From Antechinus flavipes (Eukaryota), in NCBI RefSeq assembly GCF_016432865.1, contig NC_067400.1:18724001-18788000 (forward strand): 64,000 bases of DNA, given 5' to 3'. Below are positions 11,501 to 24,039 of the stretch, one piece after another. The translations under genes and the position numbers were made by a program. Within the stretch, counting starts at the first letter, position 1. Every line of letters starts with the position of its first letter. The notes beneath the pieces are model-generated. The model was not told the origin of the DNA. It saw only the letters and a program-made list of their open reading frames with translations, and made no database searches.

Positions 11501-13780
11501 TTTGGAAAATAATAAGAGAGGTTTGGATTAGCTGATTTCTAAGCTTTCTTCTAGCTCTAAATCTATGATTTTTTTATTAGTGAGCCAAAATGTCTTAACT
11601 GATTTAAAGCTGTCCATACCATTGGATCCGAGATGTTACATGTGGATGAAGAAATTAAGTTGGAAGGCTGTGACCTTCCCAAGTTCACAAATTTAATAAG
11701 TGTGAAAGGCAGTCTTTGAAGGGTAAAATCCCTGGCCGGGGGCCTCTGAATTCTTTCTGTCCTCTCTACTGTCATCACAAACAGCAAAGATAAAATACTA
11801 ACAGACCCAGGTGGAACAAGGGTCTCAGTGGTCATAGGAATATCAACTTGGGGTTTCGAATCTTCCCCCTTTGCTTTACAGAGAGGGAAACTGAGCCCCA
11901 GAGAATTTACAGACAAGAGTAATATGCAGCAAAGTCAGGATTTCAGTCCAGGCCCTCTGACCCCAAACCCAATGTATTTTCCGTTGCTTCATGCTGCCTC
12001 CCAAGCAGAGGCAAAACAGCTAATGGGAGATGGATCTTGTAGGCAAAGCCGACTGATCCTTCATGATCAGTCCTCCTCCTACCTTTCTAGCCTTCTTGCT
12101 TGTTCTTCCTCCCAGCCCACTCCTTGAACTCTGGAACCCCGTGAAGTTCTTATTGCTCACACAAAACACTCCATCTCCCAACTCCAGACCCCATCTCCTG
12201 ATGCCGTAAATTCTCTGCCCTCTCCTCTCCATCTCCTGCCTGCCCTGGTTTAGTTCAAGTCCCAGCCACACTCCCACCTACTACTGGAAATGATCCCAGT
12301 TCCCCTGAATACCAGCGCTTTCCCTCTGTTGATTATTTCCAATTTAACCTCCAATAACCTAAAGGAGGGTTAACTTCTTCCATCTTCTCTCTCAAAGCTG
12401 GAAGTTAGCAGTGACCAGAGCTAGAGCAGAGATCCAAGAGGTAGAACTGGCGAATTCTCCTCTGTCCCTCTCTCCCCATTCTCTCCCTTGACCTCACAAA
12501 GGCTCAGGCCATTGGTCACACCAATGAAGGGGACAGTCCCATCCCACCAGTGAGCTTCGAGGCTCAGGTTACATAGAAACAAACGGTCCCCCTCCATCAT
12601 CTTTTTCTAAGATAAATCCAGATTGGTTTATGATGATAACGACTGTATTATCGAGGAAGATAGCTAAGTCTTTAAAGGTTTGCAGGGGGCTTCTTTTATA
12701 TTCTTTCATCTTGATGTTTGATTTGCTAAAAAGCAAGACTTACCTGTGGTTTAAATTCTCAGGCTTGGAAAGCCCTCTGTGAGATGGTCCAGCCCAGGCT
12801 CTTCAGAGAGACACAGGCCACGATTAACAACAGGCAAGTGCAGCTAACCTGGAGAAAACAAGAACCAAACTTCCACCCCCACCCCCAGCCCCCAAACAAA
12901 ACAAAACAAAAGCCAACCAGCCTCTCCCCAAGCTCGCTTTGCCTGGCAGAACTCTGGCACAGATCAGAGCCTCCACCAGCCACTGTGACTGTTAAACCTC
13001 AAGAGGCCCTTAGAAACTCTGTGGTTGAGCACAGGAGCCCCCAGATTAGTTAAAACTGCTTTGGGTTATTACAAGTAGAGACTTTAAATAGTCATTGCCT
13101 GAAGGAAAACTTCATTGTGTCCCAGAGTTGGATAAACCAAACTAAACGCCCCCAAACCAATTACCCCTCCTGATCTCCCCTCCATGAGCACCAGTTGGGA
13201 GGAGTTCGGGACCTTCTGTCCATCAGTCCTTCAAATCCTCTTCCAGAGAAGTGTGGACACAAGGGCAGGCCTTCTCCCCAGAAGAGTCCTCAGGGATCAC
13301 TTTGTCCACAAATCATTTATTTTTTCAAATAGATGTATTGATTTTAATATCTATTGGTCATTGCAATGCTTTATGTATTTTAATTCATAGCCATTCATCT
13401 CTACTTGTGCTTTAAACCACTTTTTTCCACCACCAGGGAACAATTTCCAAAATTAAATAATAACATTTAAGTAGCATTTATTTCCAGGCTCCTTTTCTTT
13501 TTCCTCGGGGGGCATTTTGGAGCTTAGGTTTGGCATCATTAATCAAGAGCGCTCTTGGATGGGTCTCAAGCTATCTTACTGAAGATCAGGATGGATGATA
13601 AAATATCATGAAGAACTTGATGAGATCATACTATGATGGGGAAAACAGTTTCACTTTAAATAAAAGGCGCGGTGGAGTAGGTTCCTCTCTAACTTTTCCA
13701 ATAAGTTGTGTTCCAAAAGTTCATTTATAAGCGGTTCTGTGGAACCAAGATAGCATTTTTCTATCAAAACAATGTCATAC

Positions 13781-14221
13781 TGAATCTGGATCAAAGCATA
13801 GTATTTTTATCCTTTTTTTGGTTNNNNNNNNNNNNNNNNNNNNNNNNNNNNNNNNNNNNNNNNNNNNNNNNNNNNNNNNNNNNNNNNNNNNNNNNNNNNN
13901 NNNNNNNNNNNNNNNNNNNNNNNNNNNNNNNNNNNNNNNNNNNNNNNNNNNNNNNNNNNNNNNNNNNNNNNNNNNNNNNNNNNNNNNNNNNNNNNNNNNN
14001 NNNNNNNNNNNTGATCTGCTTTTTCTTGTACAACATGACAAATATGGAAATGTGTTTTTAAAAATTGCACATATTTAACTTATATCAGATAGCTTGCTGT
14101 CTTGGGAAGAGGGGAGATAAGGGAAGGAGGGAGAAAAATTTGGCATACAAAGTTTTACAAAAATGAACGTTGAAAACCATCTTTACATGTATTTGGAAAA
14201 ATGAAAAACTATTGAAAAAGT
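13781..14221 (+). mobile_element. L1 3' end with 12-bp TSD (spans a gap)
   Basis: L1 3' UTR at 14012-14220; acaatgtcatac at 13769-13780 and 14222-14233. Confidence 0.7.
13824..14011. other. Assembly gap (N)
   Basis: 188 N. Confidence 1.
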
Positions 14222-14520
14222 ACAATGTCATACAAAGAAATTAGATAAGAAACCATTTCCCAGCTGTGAAATGCAATCGAAATGTGGGCTTCTATTATCA
14301 TTGCTACTTATATGGATAGGTTCCCAGGCTAGCCTACAAATACCTATTATATTGAATGTAGCCAGAGTATGGTACTGTTCTAAGATAATCTGTATCTGTT
14401 ACAATATTTCTTTGTAACTTTTTTCTTCCATTTTTAGGTCACCTTCATTTCTAAATATTCCTTTATCCTTCCTTTTTTACCCAGCTAATCATCTCTTGTT
14501 ATAAAGGTTAAAAAAAGGAG

Positions 14521-14680
14521 CGGGGCAACTAGTTGGTGCAGTGTACAGAGCACCAGCCCTGAAGTCTGGAGGACCTGAGTTCAAATGTGATCTGAGACAC
14601 TTAACACTTCCTAGCTGTGTGACTCTGGGTAAGTCACTTAATCCCAATTGCCTCTGGAAAAAGAGGGAAAAAAAGGAAAA
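14521..14680 (+). mobile_element. Young marsupial CORE-SINE (WSINE1-like)
   Basis: ggggcaactagttggtgcagtg...gagttcaaatg...cttaacacttcctagctgtgtga...aattgcctc plus an A-rich tail. Confidence 0.85.
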
Positions 14681-15462
14681 AGCAGTTTGAAAACACTAAT
14701 CGGTGCTTCAATTTTGATGGCATATGCAACATTCACAGCTCTGATCTCCTAGCTATGGGAGGGAGATGATCTTGGACACTAAACAGGCGTTTTGGATGAT
14801 GTTCTTTCATTTATGTTCTGTGACTGCGGGAAACACATTCATGGTTTTGCCTTGAGACACTAGGATGATACCTCCCCACACCTGTAATGGGCTCAGAGAT
14901 TTCCCTGCTCCCCATCTTGGTCAGAGCAAGGACTGTCTCGATGGCAAGCCCCCAGTGTGGGAAGGCAGGGGATATTTCAGGGTGGGTACCGTGGAGTACA
15001 GGAAGGCTGAGGTCCTCACTCTACCCCCTCCCTGCCCCAATCACCTCCAGGAACTTCATTTTTGATGAATATCTTCAAAGTCTTCTCAGAATTTTCTACC
15101 TCTAGGTGACTTAAGCAGGCAAACAACATACCCAGCATTCTCTTAGCCAATCAAGAGTTCCATTTCTTTCTGCCGCAAGAAAAAAAGGTGGTCCCTCTGC
15201 AAAAAGGCCTCCCAGGTTTTTGTGACAGCCCAGTTAGATTTGCATGGGAAGAGAGAGGGTGGGCTGAGACTTAGAGTGACAGCTCTATGGTTGTTTTGAA
15301 GCAAGGGGAACTAGTGAAGGGCAAGGAGAAAAATGGCTAGGAAACTCTAGGGGGTTGGCTGTCAGGAGCTGTGGGGAGCCTGGGCCTCCCGCCAAGAGAT
15401 ATTTCTTAATCTTGGCTCACTTCCCAGTCATTCCTTTTCTTTTCTTCTGAGGGGTCTAGGGC

Positions 15463-15640
15463 AGAGGATGTTAACAAGGGGTCCAGGGATTGATTTTGGG
15501 GTGTCTGTGAATATATAGGAGAAAAAATTACATTTTTCTATACACTAACCTTTAAGTACCTTTTATGTAGTGTTTCCTTTAATTAATTCAAAAACACTAT
15601 TTTGAGAAGTTCATAAAGCTTTACCAGATTGCCCAAAAAA
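15463..15640. mobile_element. hAT Charlie4z-like remnant
   Basis: ggggtccagggattga...aaaaaattacattttt...aaaacactatttttgagaag...gctttaccagattgcc. Confidence 0.55.
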
Positions 15641-17059
15641 GAATTTGGAATCTGTGGTCTAGGGGCTGAACCCTATGTTCTCCATAGCCATTAGTTTCAT
15701 CTAAAAAAGCAGAATGAGAGCTTTTCCTTGGCTCTTTGTATAACAGAACCATGCACTTCCATCTTAGAAAATATCCTTTGGGAATTTTTAAGGCTAGTAA
15801 AAAAGAAATAGTCAGAGAGTACAAACAAAACCAAACCCATTTTACCCTCCTCCCTCTCTCCCTGTCTGTCCCTCCCTCTTCCTCCTTTTCCTTCTTTCCT
15901 GTTCTCTTTTTTCCTTTTTTTTCTTTCCCTTCCCCACTCCTCTATTTCTTCTTCTTTTTTAAACTTAAAGAACAAAAACCATACGCTGATGGTGATATTA
16001 GTCTTTGCCCACAGAAGACTGAAGATTTAGATTTCAGATGAAAAACACTAGGCTATTGTGGGCATCTGTACCAGGAACTGGAGTTGGGAAAGGGGCCTCG
16101 GGTGGTGGACAAGGAAATAATTTGAAGGAGAATTATTTACATTTCGATTTCTTTTTAGGGCTTACAAAATACTTTCCTTGTAGCAACCTTAGAGTAGATC
16201 TTTTAGTAGTGGAAGTGTTAATATTTAGTGGTTTAAACAATAAGGGGCAAGGGCAGGACATCTGAAAGGCAGATGGAAAGAGAGAAGAATGAGAAATGGT
16301 GGTGGGAGGAGCCAACCTGCCTTTCTCAGGTCTTTTATTTGCCTTTGGAAGGACTCGGATAACTAGGCCTTAGTACTATTACCCTTTGGGGAAGAGCCAT
16401 TAATTTTGCTCTAGTGCCCAAGGGATGGATAGCCCAATGAGCAAAATGAGCTGAACTAAGTTCCATTGGGTAGTTGAGGAGGGAAGCCGTGGAAAGGAAG
16501 CAAATGTTCAGCTCCCAAGGACTTTGAAGTGATGCAACAACCCATTCTTTGTTCCCTGTGACAGCAGCAGGGATGAAGGTACCATGAATTAGAGAATTGG
16601 CTTCTGAAGTTGTAGAACCAGGTCATCCAGACCTGAAAAGGAGTGACTGCCCTATGGCATTCTCCAAGAGTGGGAGGACACCAGGAGCCCCTCTTGCCTG
16701 TCTCCACCCCAGAAGCTGCAGAGATAAATATGACAGTGAGCACAGGTGCTTTTTAGGAGAAACTGAATCTGGACCCTGCTGGCTGCTATTTCAGCTTGGA
16801 TTTCTTTCACTGAGCATAGAAGGCAACCTCATGAGTTTAAGACATCACGGGCCCCAGACACCTGCACCAGTCACAATGTGGGATTTTGACCCTGAATTTA
16901 CAACAAATGCTTCTTGGAGGGAAAAATAGCCATTGCTGGAGAAGCCCAATCATCAGCTACTTGCCAGAAGATATGAAACTTGAGGGAACTGCTCAGAAAG
17001 TAAGGGATTAAGATGAAGAGGAAATGACTATTCAGAAGGTCTTCAAAATGTTTCATGGT

Positions 17060-18420
17060 GCAGTTTTAAGAATCAACTGACAAAAGAAAAGTTCAAGAAA
17101 ATCGACAGGATTAATGGGAAAAAATGCAAAAACTTGTTGGCATAGCAATACCAGACCTAAAACTCTGTTATAAAACTTGGTCATCAAAATGTATTGGTTT
17201 TGGTGTTGGCTAAGAACTAGAGTAGTGGATCAGTGGAATATGTTAGGTACACAAGACTCAATAGTCAGTGACAATAATAATCTATACTTTAATAAAACCA
17301 GAGACTCCAGCTTCTTTGATAAGAACTCACTATTTGACAAAAGTCACTGGGAATATTGGAAAATGTTATGTTAGAAACTAGCCATGGACCAACATTTCAC
17401 ATCAGGTATCAAGATAAAGTCAAAGTGGACACATGATTTAGGCATAAAGGGTGATACTATAAGCAAATTAGGAAAGCAAGGGATAGTTTACCTATCATCA
17501 GATATTTGGAGAAAAGAGAAATTTATGACCAAACAAGAAATAGAGAACATTATGAAATGCAAAAAAAAAAAAAAAAAATGGATAATTTTTGTTGTACTAA
17601 ATAAAAAAAAAAAAATACACAAACAAAAACAATGCAACCAGGATTAGAAGTGAAACTGAAAGATGGGAATCATTTTTCCCCCTAGGCAATTGGGGTTAAG
17701 TAACTTGCCCAGGGTCACACAGCCAGGAAGTGTTAAGTGGCTGAGTTCAGATTTGAATTCAGGTCTTCCTGACTTCAGGGCTATTGCTCTGTCCACTATA
17801 CCAACTACTGCCCCAGGAAACATTTTTTATTGTATTTCTGATAATGGCCTCATTTCTAAAATATACAGAGAACTGAATCAAATTCATAAGAATGCAAGTT
17901 ATCCCCCAATTGATGGGGGATGATGGGGTCAAAGAATATGAGCAGACATTCTCAGATGAAGAAATTAAAAGCCTTCTATACTCATTTGGAAAAATGCTCT
18001 AAATCGCTATTGATTAGAGAAATTCAAATGAAGACAACTCTGATTAGAGAAATGCAAATTAAGACAACTTTGAAGTGAGATTTCACAACTCTCAGATTGA
18101 CTAAAATGAGAGGAAAAAGAATGATAGTTGAAGGGAATGTGGGTAAACTGGGATACCAATACATTATTGGTAGAGTTGGAAACTGATCCAATCATTCTGG
18201 AGAGCAATTTGGAACTATGCCCAAAAGGCATGCCCTTTGATCCCGCAGTGTATCTCCCAAAGAGATCATAAAAAAGAGGACCCACATGTGCAAAAATGTT
18301 TGTGGCAGTCTTTTTGTAGTGGCAAAGAACTGGAAACTGAGTGGATGCCCATCAGCTGGAGAATGGCTGAATAAGTTATGGCATATGAATGTTATGGAAT
18401 ATTATTGTTCTATAAGAAAC
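17060..18420 (+). mobile_element. Degraded L1 ORF2 3' half
   Basis: ORF pieces RVVDQWN..., IKSKWTHDLGIK...IVYLSDIW and DNGLISKIYREL. Confidence 0.9.
17678..17812 (-). mobile_element. Young CORE-SINE inserted in L1
   Basis: Reverse-complement SINE; near-TSD ggaa(t/a)cattttt on both sides. Confidence 0.8.
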
Positions 18421-18429
18421 AATAAGCAT

Positions 18430-18546
18430 AGGGGCATCTAGGTGGTGCAATGGGTAGAACACCAGCCCTGAAGTCAGGAGGACCTGAGTTCAAATATGAT
18501 CTCGGACACTTAACACTTCCTAGCTTGTGACCCTGGGCAAGTCAGT
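18430..18546 (+). mobile_element. Young CORE-SINE, cut by gap
   Basis: ggggcatctaggtggtgcaatgg...ggacctgagttcaaat...ccctgggcaagtca. Confidence 0.85.
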
Positions 18547-18772
18547 NNNNNNNNNNNNNNNNNNNNNNNNNNNNNNNNNNNNNNNNNNNNNNNNNNNNNN
18601 NNNNNNNNNNNNNNNNNNNNNNNNNNNNNNNNNNNNNNNNNNNNNNNNNNNNNNNNNNNNNNNNNNNNNNNNNNNNNNNNNNNNNNNNNNNNNNNNNNNN
18701 NNNNNNNNNNNNNNNNNNNNNNNNNNNNNNNNNNNNNNNNNNNNNNNNNNNNNNNNNNNNNNNNNNNNNNNN
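18547..18772. other. Assembly gap (N)
   Basis: 226 N. Confidence 1.
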
Positions 18773-18889
18773 CAGTAGGGTCAGAATTGGGGTCTTTTGA
18801 TTCCAAGCACTCTCTAGCAGCTCATTTCCCTGGCTTTCTAATGAGAGCAGGGGGAGTAAAGGAAACAGGTAAAGGCTTTCATTTTACAT

Positions 18890-19235
18890 ACCCACTCACA
18901 GGTATATATAACATAAACACAATATATGCAATACATGTACATAATGTATATGTGAATATTATACATACACAACATACCCATATACACACGTACACATATG
19001 CACAACCCATGCTTGCCACACCTATATAGCATATATGTATCAACATATTTTTGTGTTGCTAAACCAAATATATATGCACATATGTATACATGCATACAGT
19101 TGCACAACACATATAATATATCTAATACATATATAACATGTATATGTGTATACCCACATGTACATACACCTAGACACACATATATACTTATATACTTACA
19201 TACACACATGCATATATTAAAACATATGTATAGGT
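18890..19235. repeat. Degenerate (TA/CA/TG) alternating purine-pyrimidine tract
   Basis: Direct read. Confidence 0.85.
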
Positions 19236-19303
19236 GAGATGGAAGAAGAGAATATGAGGCTCAAAGTTTAAAAAGAAAGGCATGTTTAAATGATAATTTT
19301 TTT

Positions 19304-19799
19304 AACATTCTTTTTTTAATATAGCTTTTTATTTACAAGTTATATGCATGGATAATTTTATAGCATTGACAATTGCCAAACTTTTTGTTCCAATTTTTCC
19401 CCTCCTTTCCCCCACCCCCTCCCCAGATAGCAGGTTGACCAATACATGTTAAATATGTTAAAGTATAAATTAAATACAATATATGTATACATGTCCAAAC
19501 TGTTATTTTGCTGCACAAAAAGAATCGGACTCTGAAATAGTATACAACTAGTCTGTGAAGGAAATCAAAAGTGCAGGCGGACAAAAATAGAGGGATTGGG
19601 AATTCTATGTAGTGGCTCATAGTCGTCTCCCAGAGTTCTTTCATTGGGTGTCGCTGGTTCAGTTCATTACTGCTCCATTGGAACCGATTTGGTTCATCTC
19701 ATTGCTGAGGATGGCCAGGTCCATCAGAATTCATCATCATATAGTATGTTGTTGAAGTATATAATGATCTCCTGGTTCTGCTCATTTCATCAGTTCATG
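19304..19799 (-). mobile_element. 5'-truncated L1 with TSD
   Basis: L1 3' UTR; ttaaatgataattttttt at 19286-19303 and 19800-19817. Confidence 0.85.
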
Positions 19800-21078
19800 T
19801 TAAATGATAATTTTTTTTTAAATTAAAACTATTTACCACAGAAAAGGATTTTCAACGGAAACAGTGGAGGGTGTGTGTGTGCCAAAACCTCGCCCGGAGA
19901 GAAGTGCCACTTATTGAGACTGTAAATATTTATTATAAAATCTAGAAACAATAATTATATGAGAACTTAAATATCTCACTTCAGCCGCCTGACTTGTTAC
20001 CTGGATAAGTGAGGTAAGAAAATTGTGAAATTCCAGAAAATGGGAAGGATACCTGTAGTCAGGCGGGTAGTCACCCTTCCCATCCTCCTTCATGGCAACA
20101 AAACTGGAGCCCAAGAACTTCCCAAGTTTGGCTACACAGTTATGGTAACAGCAGCAGCAGTGATCACTTTTACAGAACTCGGAAAAGTTGGTAAAGGGCC
20201 TTCAATACATTATATCACCTGTGTAGGTGATATAGAAGCCTTGTGAGGAGGGAATGGTGGCGTACACAGGTGAAGTGACTGGTTCCCACACGTCGAAGAG
20301 GGGTCCCTGAATGCCAACTCCAGCTCTCACTGAAATGCTTCCTCTATCTCTGAGTCCCCAATAGAGCCTTTCTCAATTTCTGGAGGCTTAAGGTTAGAGA
20401 GTATTTTAGGTGCATAATATAGATTTAAAATCCGAAGCCCTAGGTTCAAATTCAAGTTCTATTTCTTCCGAGGTATAAATGACCCCAAGTGAGTGACTTT
20501 AACCTCCGACTGCCTCAGTTTCTTTATCTGTACAAAGAGGAATTTGGACCAAACAATCTTTAAGGTCTCTTCCAGCTCTAAAGAAGAGATATGGAGGAGG
20601 CTAAGGTTGTACACTTGGGCAACATAATGAAAAACACCAGTTGAAGGAATAATAATTGGGAATCAACTAAAAAGACCTGGAGGGATCATAGTTGACCTCA
20701 GGTAGGAGGAGTTAACTCAGGCAGCAAAGTCTATGGAAAGACCTGGGTTTGCATCCCAGCTTTTCCATTCACTAGTCGTAATTGCTGTGAGAAGATTCCT
20801 AATCTTTCTGAGCCTCAGTTTCCTCATCTGTGAAAAGGGTTTGGTAATGCTTGCCTTCCTTTACCTACTGGAAAGGACTGGAATCCTTCCATTTGGGATC
20901 ATTTCTGCTCTAGAAGGAAGAAGCCTTGAGAGAAGAGGTCAGTTTCAGGGCTGGTTCTGAGTCACACTTTGGGGAATTCCAGTTCAGGCCAAATTTCCTT
21001 GACCTGTCTCCCCCATCCCTCCCTCTCTTCTGCCCCCAATTTGAGGAAGTCTCTTGGTAATTAATTTAGAATTCCCAG

Positions 21079-21739
21079 ATTCCTATATCCAAAGGGATCT
21101 TAAAGGAGAGAAAGGGACCCACATGTGCAAAAATGTTTGTGGCAAGAAACTGGAAACTGAATGGATGCCCGCTGAATAAGTTATGATATATGAATATTAT
21201 TATTCTATAAGAAACGATCAGCAGGATGATTTCAGAGATCCCTGGGGAGACTTACATGAATTGATGTGATGAACTAAGTGAAAAGAGCAGAACCGGGAGA
21301 TCATTGTAGACAGCAACAAGATTATACCATGATCAATTCTGATGGACGTGGTTCTTTCCAACAATGAGATGATTCAGGCCAGTTTCAATGATCTTGTGAT
21401 GAAGAGATCCCATCTACACCCCAGAGAGGACTGTGGGAACTGAGTGTAAATCACAACATCACATTCTTACTCTTGTTGTTGTTGTTCTTTTGTTTTCTTA
21501 TTCATTTTCTTCCCTTTTTGATCTGATTTTTCTTTGCAGCAAGATAATTGTATATTTATGTAAACTGGATTTAACATATATTTTAACATGTATAACATAT
21601 ATTGGATTACTTGCCATCTAGGAGAGGGAATGAGGAGGAGAGGAAAATTTGGAACACAAGGCTATGCAAGGGTCAATGTTGAAAAATTATCCACGCGTAT
21701 GTTTTGAAAAGAAAAAGCTTTAAAAATAAAAATAAAAAA
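21079..21739 (+). mobile_element. 5'-truncated L1 with TSD
   Basis: ORF2 end plus 3' UTR plus A tail; tagaattcccag at 21067-21078 and 21740-21751. Confidence 0.85.
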
Positions 21740-21849
21740 TAGAATTCCCAGGTTATTTTAGAACTGGCCTAACCTTCCCTTAGGACTTGGGAGATAAATC
21801 TAAGCCTGCAGGGAGTCCCATAGGGTGGCTATATTCTCCAACAGCCTAG

Positions 21850-22760
21850 CTGGCTCCGGTCCAGACTCCAACCCCAGGCTGGTGCCAGGAGCCTGTGAAA
21901 TCACCCCCTCAGCTTCAGGGTATGAGTCAGCACCGGCAGCCGCCCCAGAGTAGCCTCTGGGCAATAAATAACCTGTGAATTGGCTGGAGACGAAGCTAGG
22001 AAATTCTGGGCAGCAGTTCCTCAACCAGCCTGGCAGGGAACCAGGTGAAAGGTACCCCCAAAGCGGGGGCTTTGGGGGCGTTTGCCGGGCCACAGTTTCC
22101 CCCTCCCAAACTTTAAATCCCACTTCTTCCCCTACTCCCACCCCCACCCCGCAGCTACTACAAGTAGCTGGAAAAGGATCCCCAAGTCTCAAGACTGAGC
22201 TTATTCCGAACGAGGATCCCCGAGAGTTTCTTCAACAATGTGGCAAGGGAGCAGACAAGTGAGAAAGCCCTAATAACCGGGTCCCGTAAGGGAACCCGCA
22301 GGGTCTTAAGACGCTTACAGACTGAGCTTTCATTTCTCCTTTCCAACCGTCCGAGTGCGGCTAAACAACGGGGCTCAAAATAGCAACCCCCAGACTACGG
22401 TGGGAGGAACCCTTAAATAAAAAATGAAATGAAACGGCCCGTCCCGAAAAGTTTGCGAACAACATCTCCCCACACTCATGTGGCCACTTGCTCGGCTCCC
22501 TGGCATTCCTATGCTCTGACTGGGAAAAACTAAATAGCTAACTTGCTCTATTTCCTACGGATCTCATTCCCTCTCCTTGGTACAGACTGTTCCCCCCACC
22601 CCGCACCCCCCCTCCTCCGTCCCCAATTCCCTCCCCCCTCCCAAACTTTACCTTTATAAATCCTACCTTCCTTCAGAGCATGTCTAAAGCTTCATTTCTT
22701 ACAAGAGCTCTCCTTTACCCACTTCCAGCCACCTGCGACTACTCCACGTCCGTCCCCCCA
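21850..22760. promoter_or_regulatory. CpG-enriched island downstream of ARL14
   Basis: Roughly 30 CpGs by eye in about 0.9 kb of mostly non-repeat sequence, against strongly CpG-depleted flanks. Confidence 0.5.
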
Positions 22761-22915
22761 GCACCAACTAGTTTGTATATATTTTGCACTGACTTATCTG
22801 TCCTAGAATGTTAACCCCTTGAGGGCAATCTGTTTGGTTTCTGTGTCCCTAGTACTTAGAATAGTTCTTGGCACATACTAGGTGCTTAATAAATGCTTAC
22901 AGAATGAATGACTTT
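22640..22915 (+). mobile_element. L2 3' end
   Basis: ...ccttgagggca...ggcacatactaggtgcttaataaatgctt. Confidence 0.6.
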
Positions 22916-22989
22916 TGAAAGTAATTTTTTTCCAGTTTAAATTCCTGGGTCACAAAGGCTAATTCTTTGTTTGACATTCTACCCTTGAA

Positions 22990-23085
22990 CAATTTTTTAA
23001 AAATTTTAAAAATATTTTTATTTTTTTAATTAAATTTTTTAAATTTTAATTTAAAATTAAAATTTTTAAATAACTTATTTATTTC
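22990..23085. repeat. Nearly pure A/T tract in the likely ARL14 3' UTR; contains minus-strand AATAAA at 23083-23078 and 23022-23017
   Basis: Direct read; the poly(A)-site assignment is inference. Confidence 0.5.
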
Positions 23086-23149
23086 CATTTCCATTCTCCT
23101 CCCCAGCAAGCCATCTCTTGTAACAATATATTTTTAAAAAAAGAAGTAC

Positions 23150-23290
23150 GGACAGCTAGTTGGCAGAGTAAATAGAGTATTGGCCCTGGAGTCGGAGGAC
23201 TTGAGTCAAATCCAGCCTCATATACTTAACACTAGCTAGCTGCGTGACTGAGTAAGTCACTTAATTCCAATTACCTCTCATAAAAAAGAG
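23150..23290 (+). mobile_element. CORE-SINE, antisense within the probable ARL14 3' UTR
   Basis: ggacagctagttggcagag...gagtcaaatccagcctc...aagtcacttaattccaattacctc plus A tail. Confidence 0.8.
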
Positions 23291-23384
23291 GAGGGGGGGG
23301 AGAGGACAAGTACAGGAGAACTCATGCAAACACTAAGTTTGGCAGTTTAGGTAAAGGTCCACACCTGGAGTGCCCTTTGCTGCT

Positions 23385-23963
23385 TTAATTCTGCCTGAAG
23401 AAGGCCCAAGTTGCTTCTGCAGAGTTCCTGTATCTTTTGATGAACTCGGTCACTTTCTTGAAGCCATCAGCCAGGCCATCTCCCGAGATGGCACAGCAAG
23501 GCTGGACGTACCAGTCCCGGTCCCCACAATTTTTCTTCATCTTGAATTTCCTGGTGATATCTTCCGCCGTGAAAGCCCCGGGCAGGTCTTGCTTGTTGGC
23601 CAGCAGCACCACGGGCACATTCCTGACGTGCTCGTTCTTCAGGATGAGCTCAAATTCCCTGCGGGAGGCCTCCAACTGCTGCTGGTCGGTGCTGTCCACC
23701 ACATAGACCAGCACATCTGTATTCTCACAGTAATGGTCCCACAGACTCCTCATCTGGAACTGCCCTCCAACGTCCCAGACCGTGAGGTTGATATCTTTCT
23801 CCGTCTCTATCATCTCCACATTGAAGCCGATGGTTGGGATGGTTGTGAAGTCCTTGATGCGCTTTAATTTGTACAGGATCGTTGACTTCCCTGAGAAATC
23901 CAGTCCCAAGAGCAGAACTCGGGCCTGTTTGACCTTGGAGGATTTAGAGTTCCAGGTACCCAT
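23385..23963 (-). CDS. ARL14: ADP-ribosylation factor-like GTPase 14 (ARF7), 192 aa, single coding exon
   Basis: Intact ATG-to-TAA ORF. It has a Gly2/Ser6 myristoylation pattern, G1 GLDFSGKST, effector loop [11 protein letters not shown]3 WDVGGQ (Q68), G4 NKQD and G5 CA. Length and the C-terminal ...AFFRQN match human ARL14 (...AFFKQN) as recalled. Orthologue versus close paralogue needs a synteny check. Confidence 0.92.
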   Translation of the reverse strand: MGTWNSKSSKVKQARVLLLGLDFSGKSTILYKLKRIKDFTTIPTIGFNVEMIETEKDINLTVWDVGGQFQMRSLWDHYCENTDVLVYVVDSTDQQQLEASRREFELILKNEHVRNVPVVLLANKQDLPGAFTAEDITRKFKMKKNCGDRDWYVQPCCAISGDGLADGFKKVTEFIKRYRNSAEATWAFFRQN

Positions 23964-24039
23964 TCCAGGCGCCTTGTCCAGGAGGTCTGTCGGCTTCTCT
24001 CAGGTCCTGTAGAAAAAAGGCAGAGAAGGAAAGAGCAGA

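Larger units (their letters stand above)
13675..14400. mobile_element. Tigger-type (Tigger15a-like) DNA transposon split by an L1
   Basis: ttgtgttccaaaagttcattt...gcatttttctatcaaaacaatg on the left; aggttcccaggctagcctacaaatacctatt resumes at about 14317. Confidence 0.5.

Noticed and set aside
20025-20246. ORF with VVTLPILLHG, resembling an RTE/CR1 RT C-terminal motif
   Set aside because: A single short motif; insufficient to call
23370-23867. 165-aa plus-strand ORF overlapping ARL14
   Set aside because: Antisense shadow of a GC3-rich CDS; no recognisable domain
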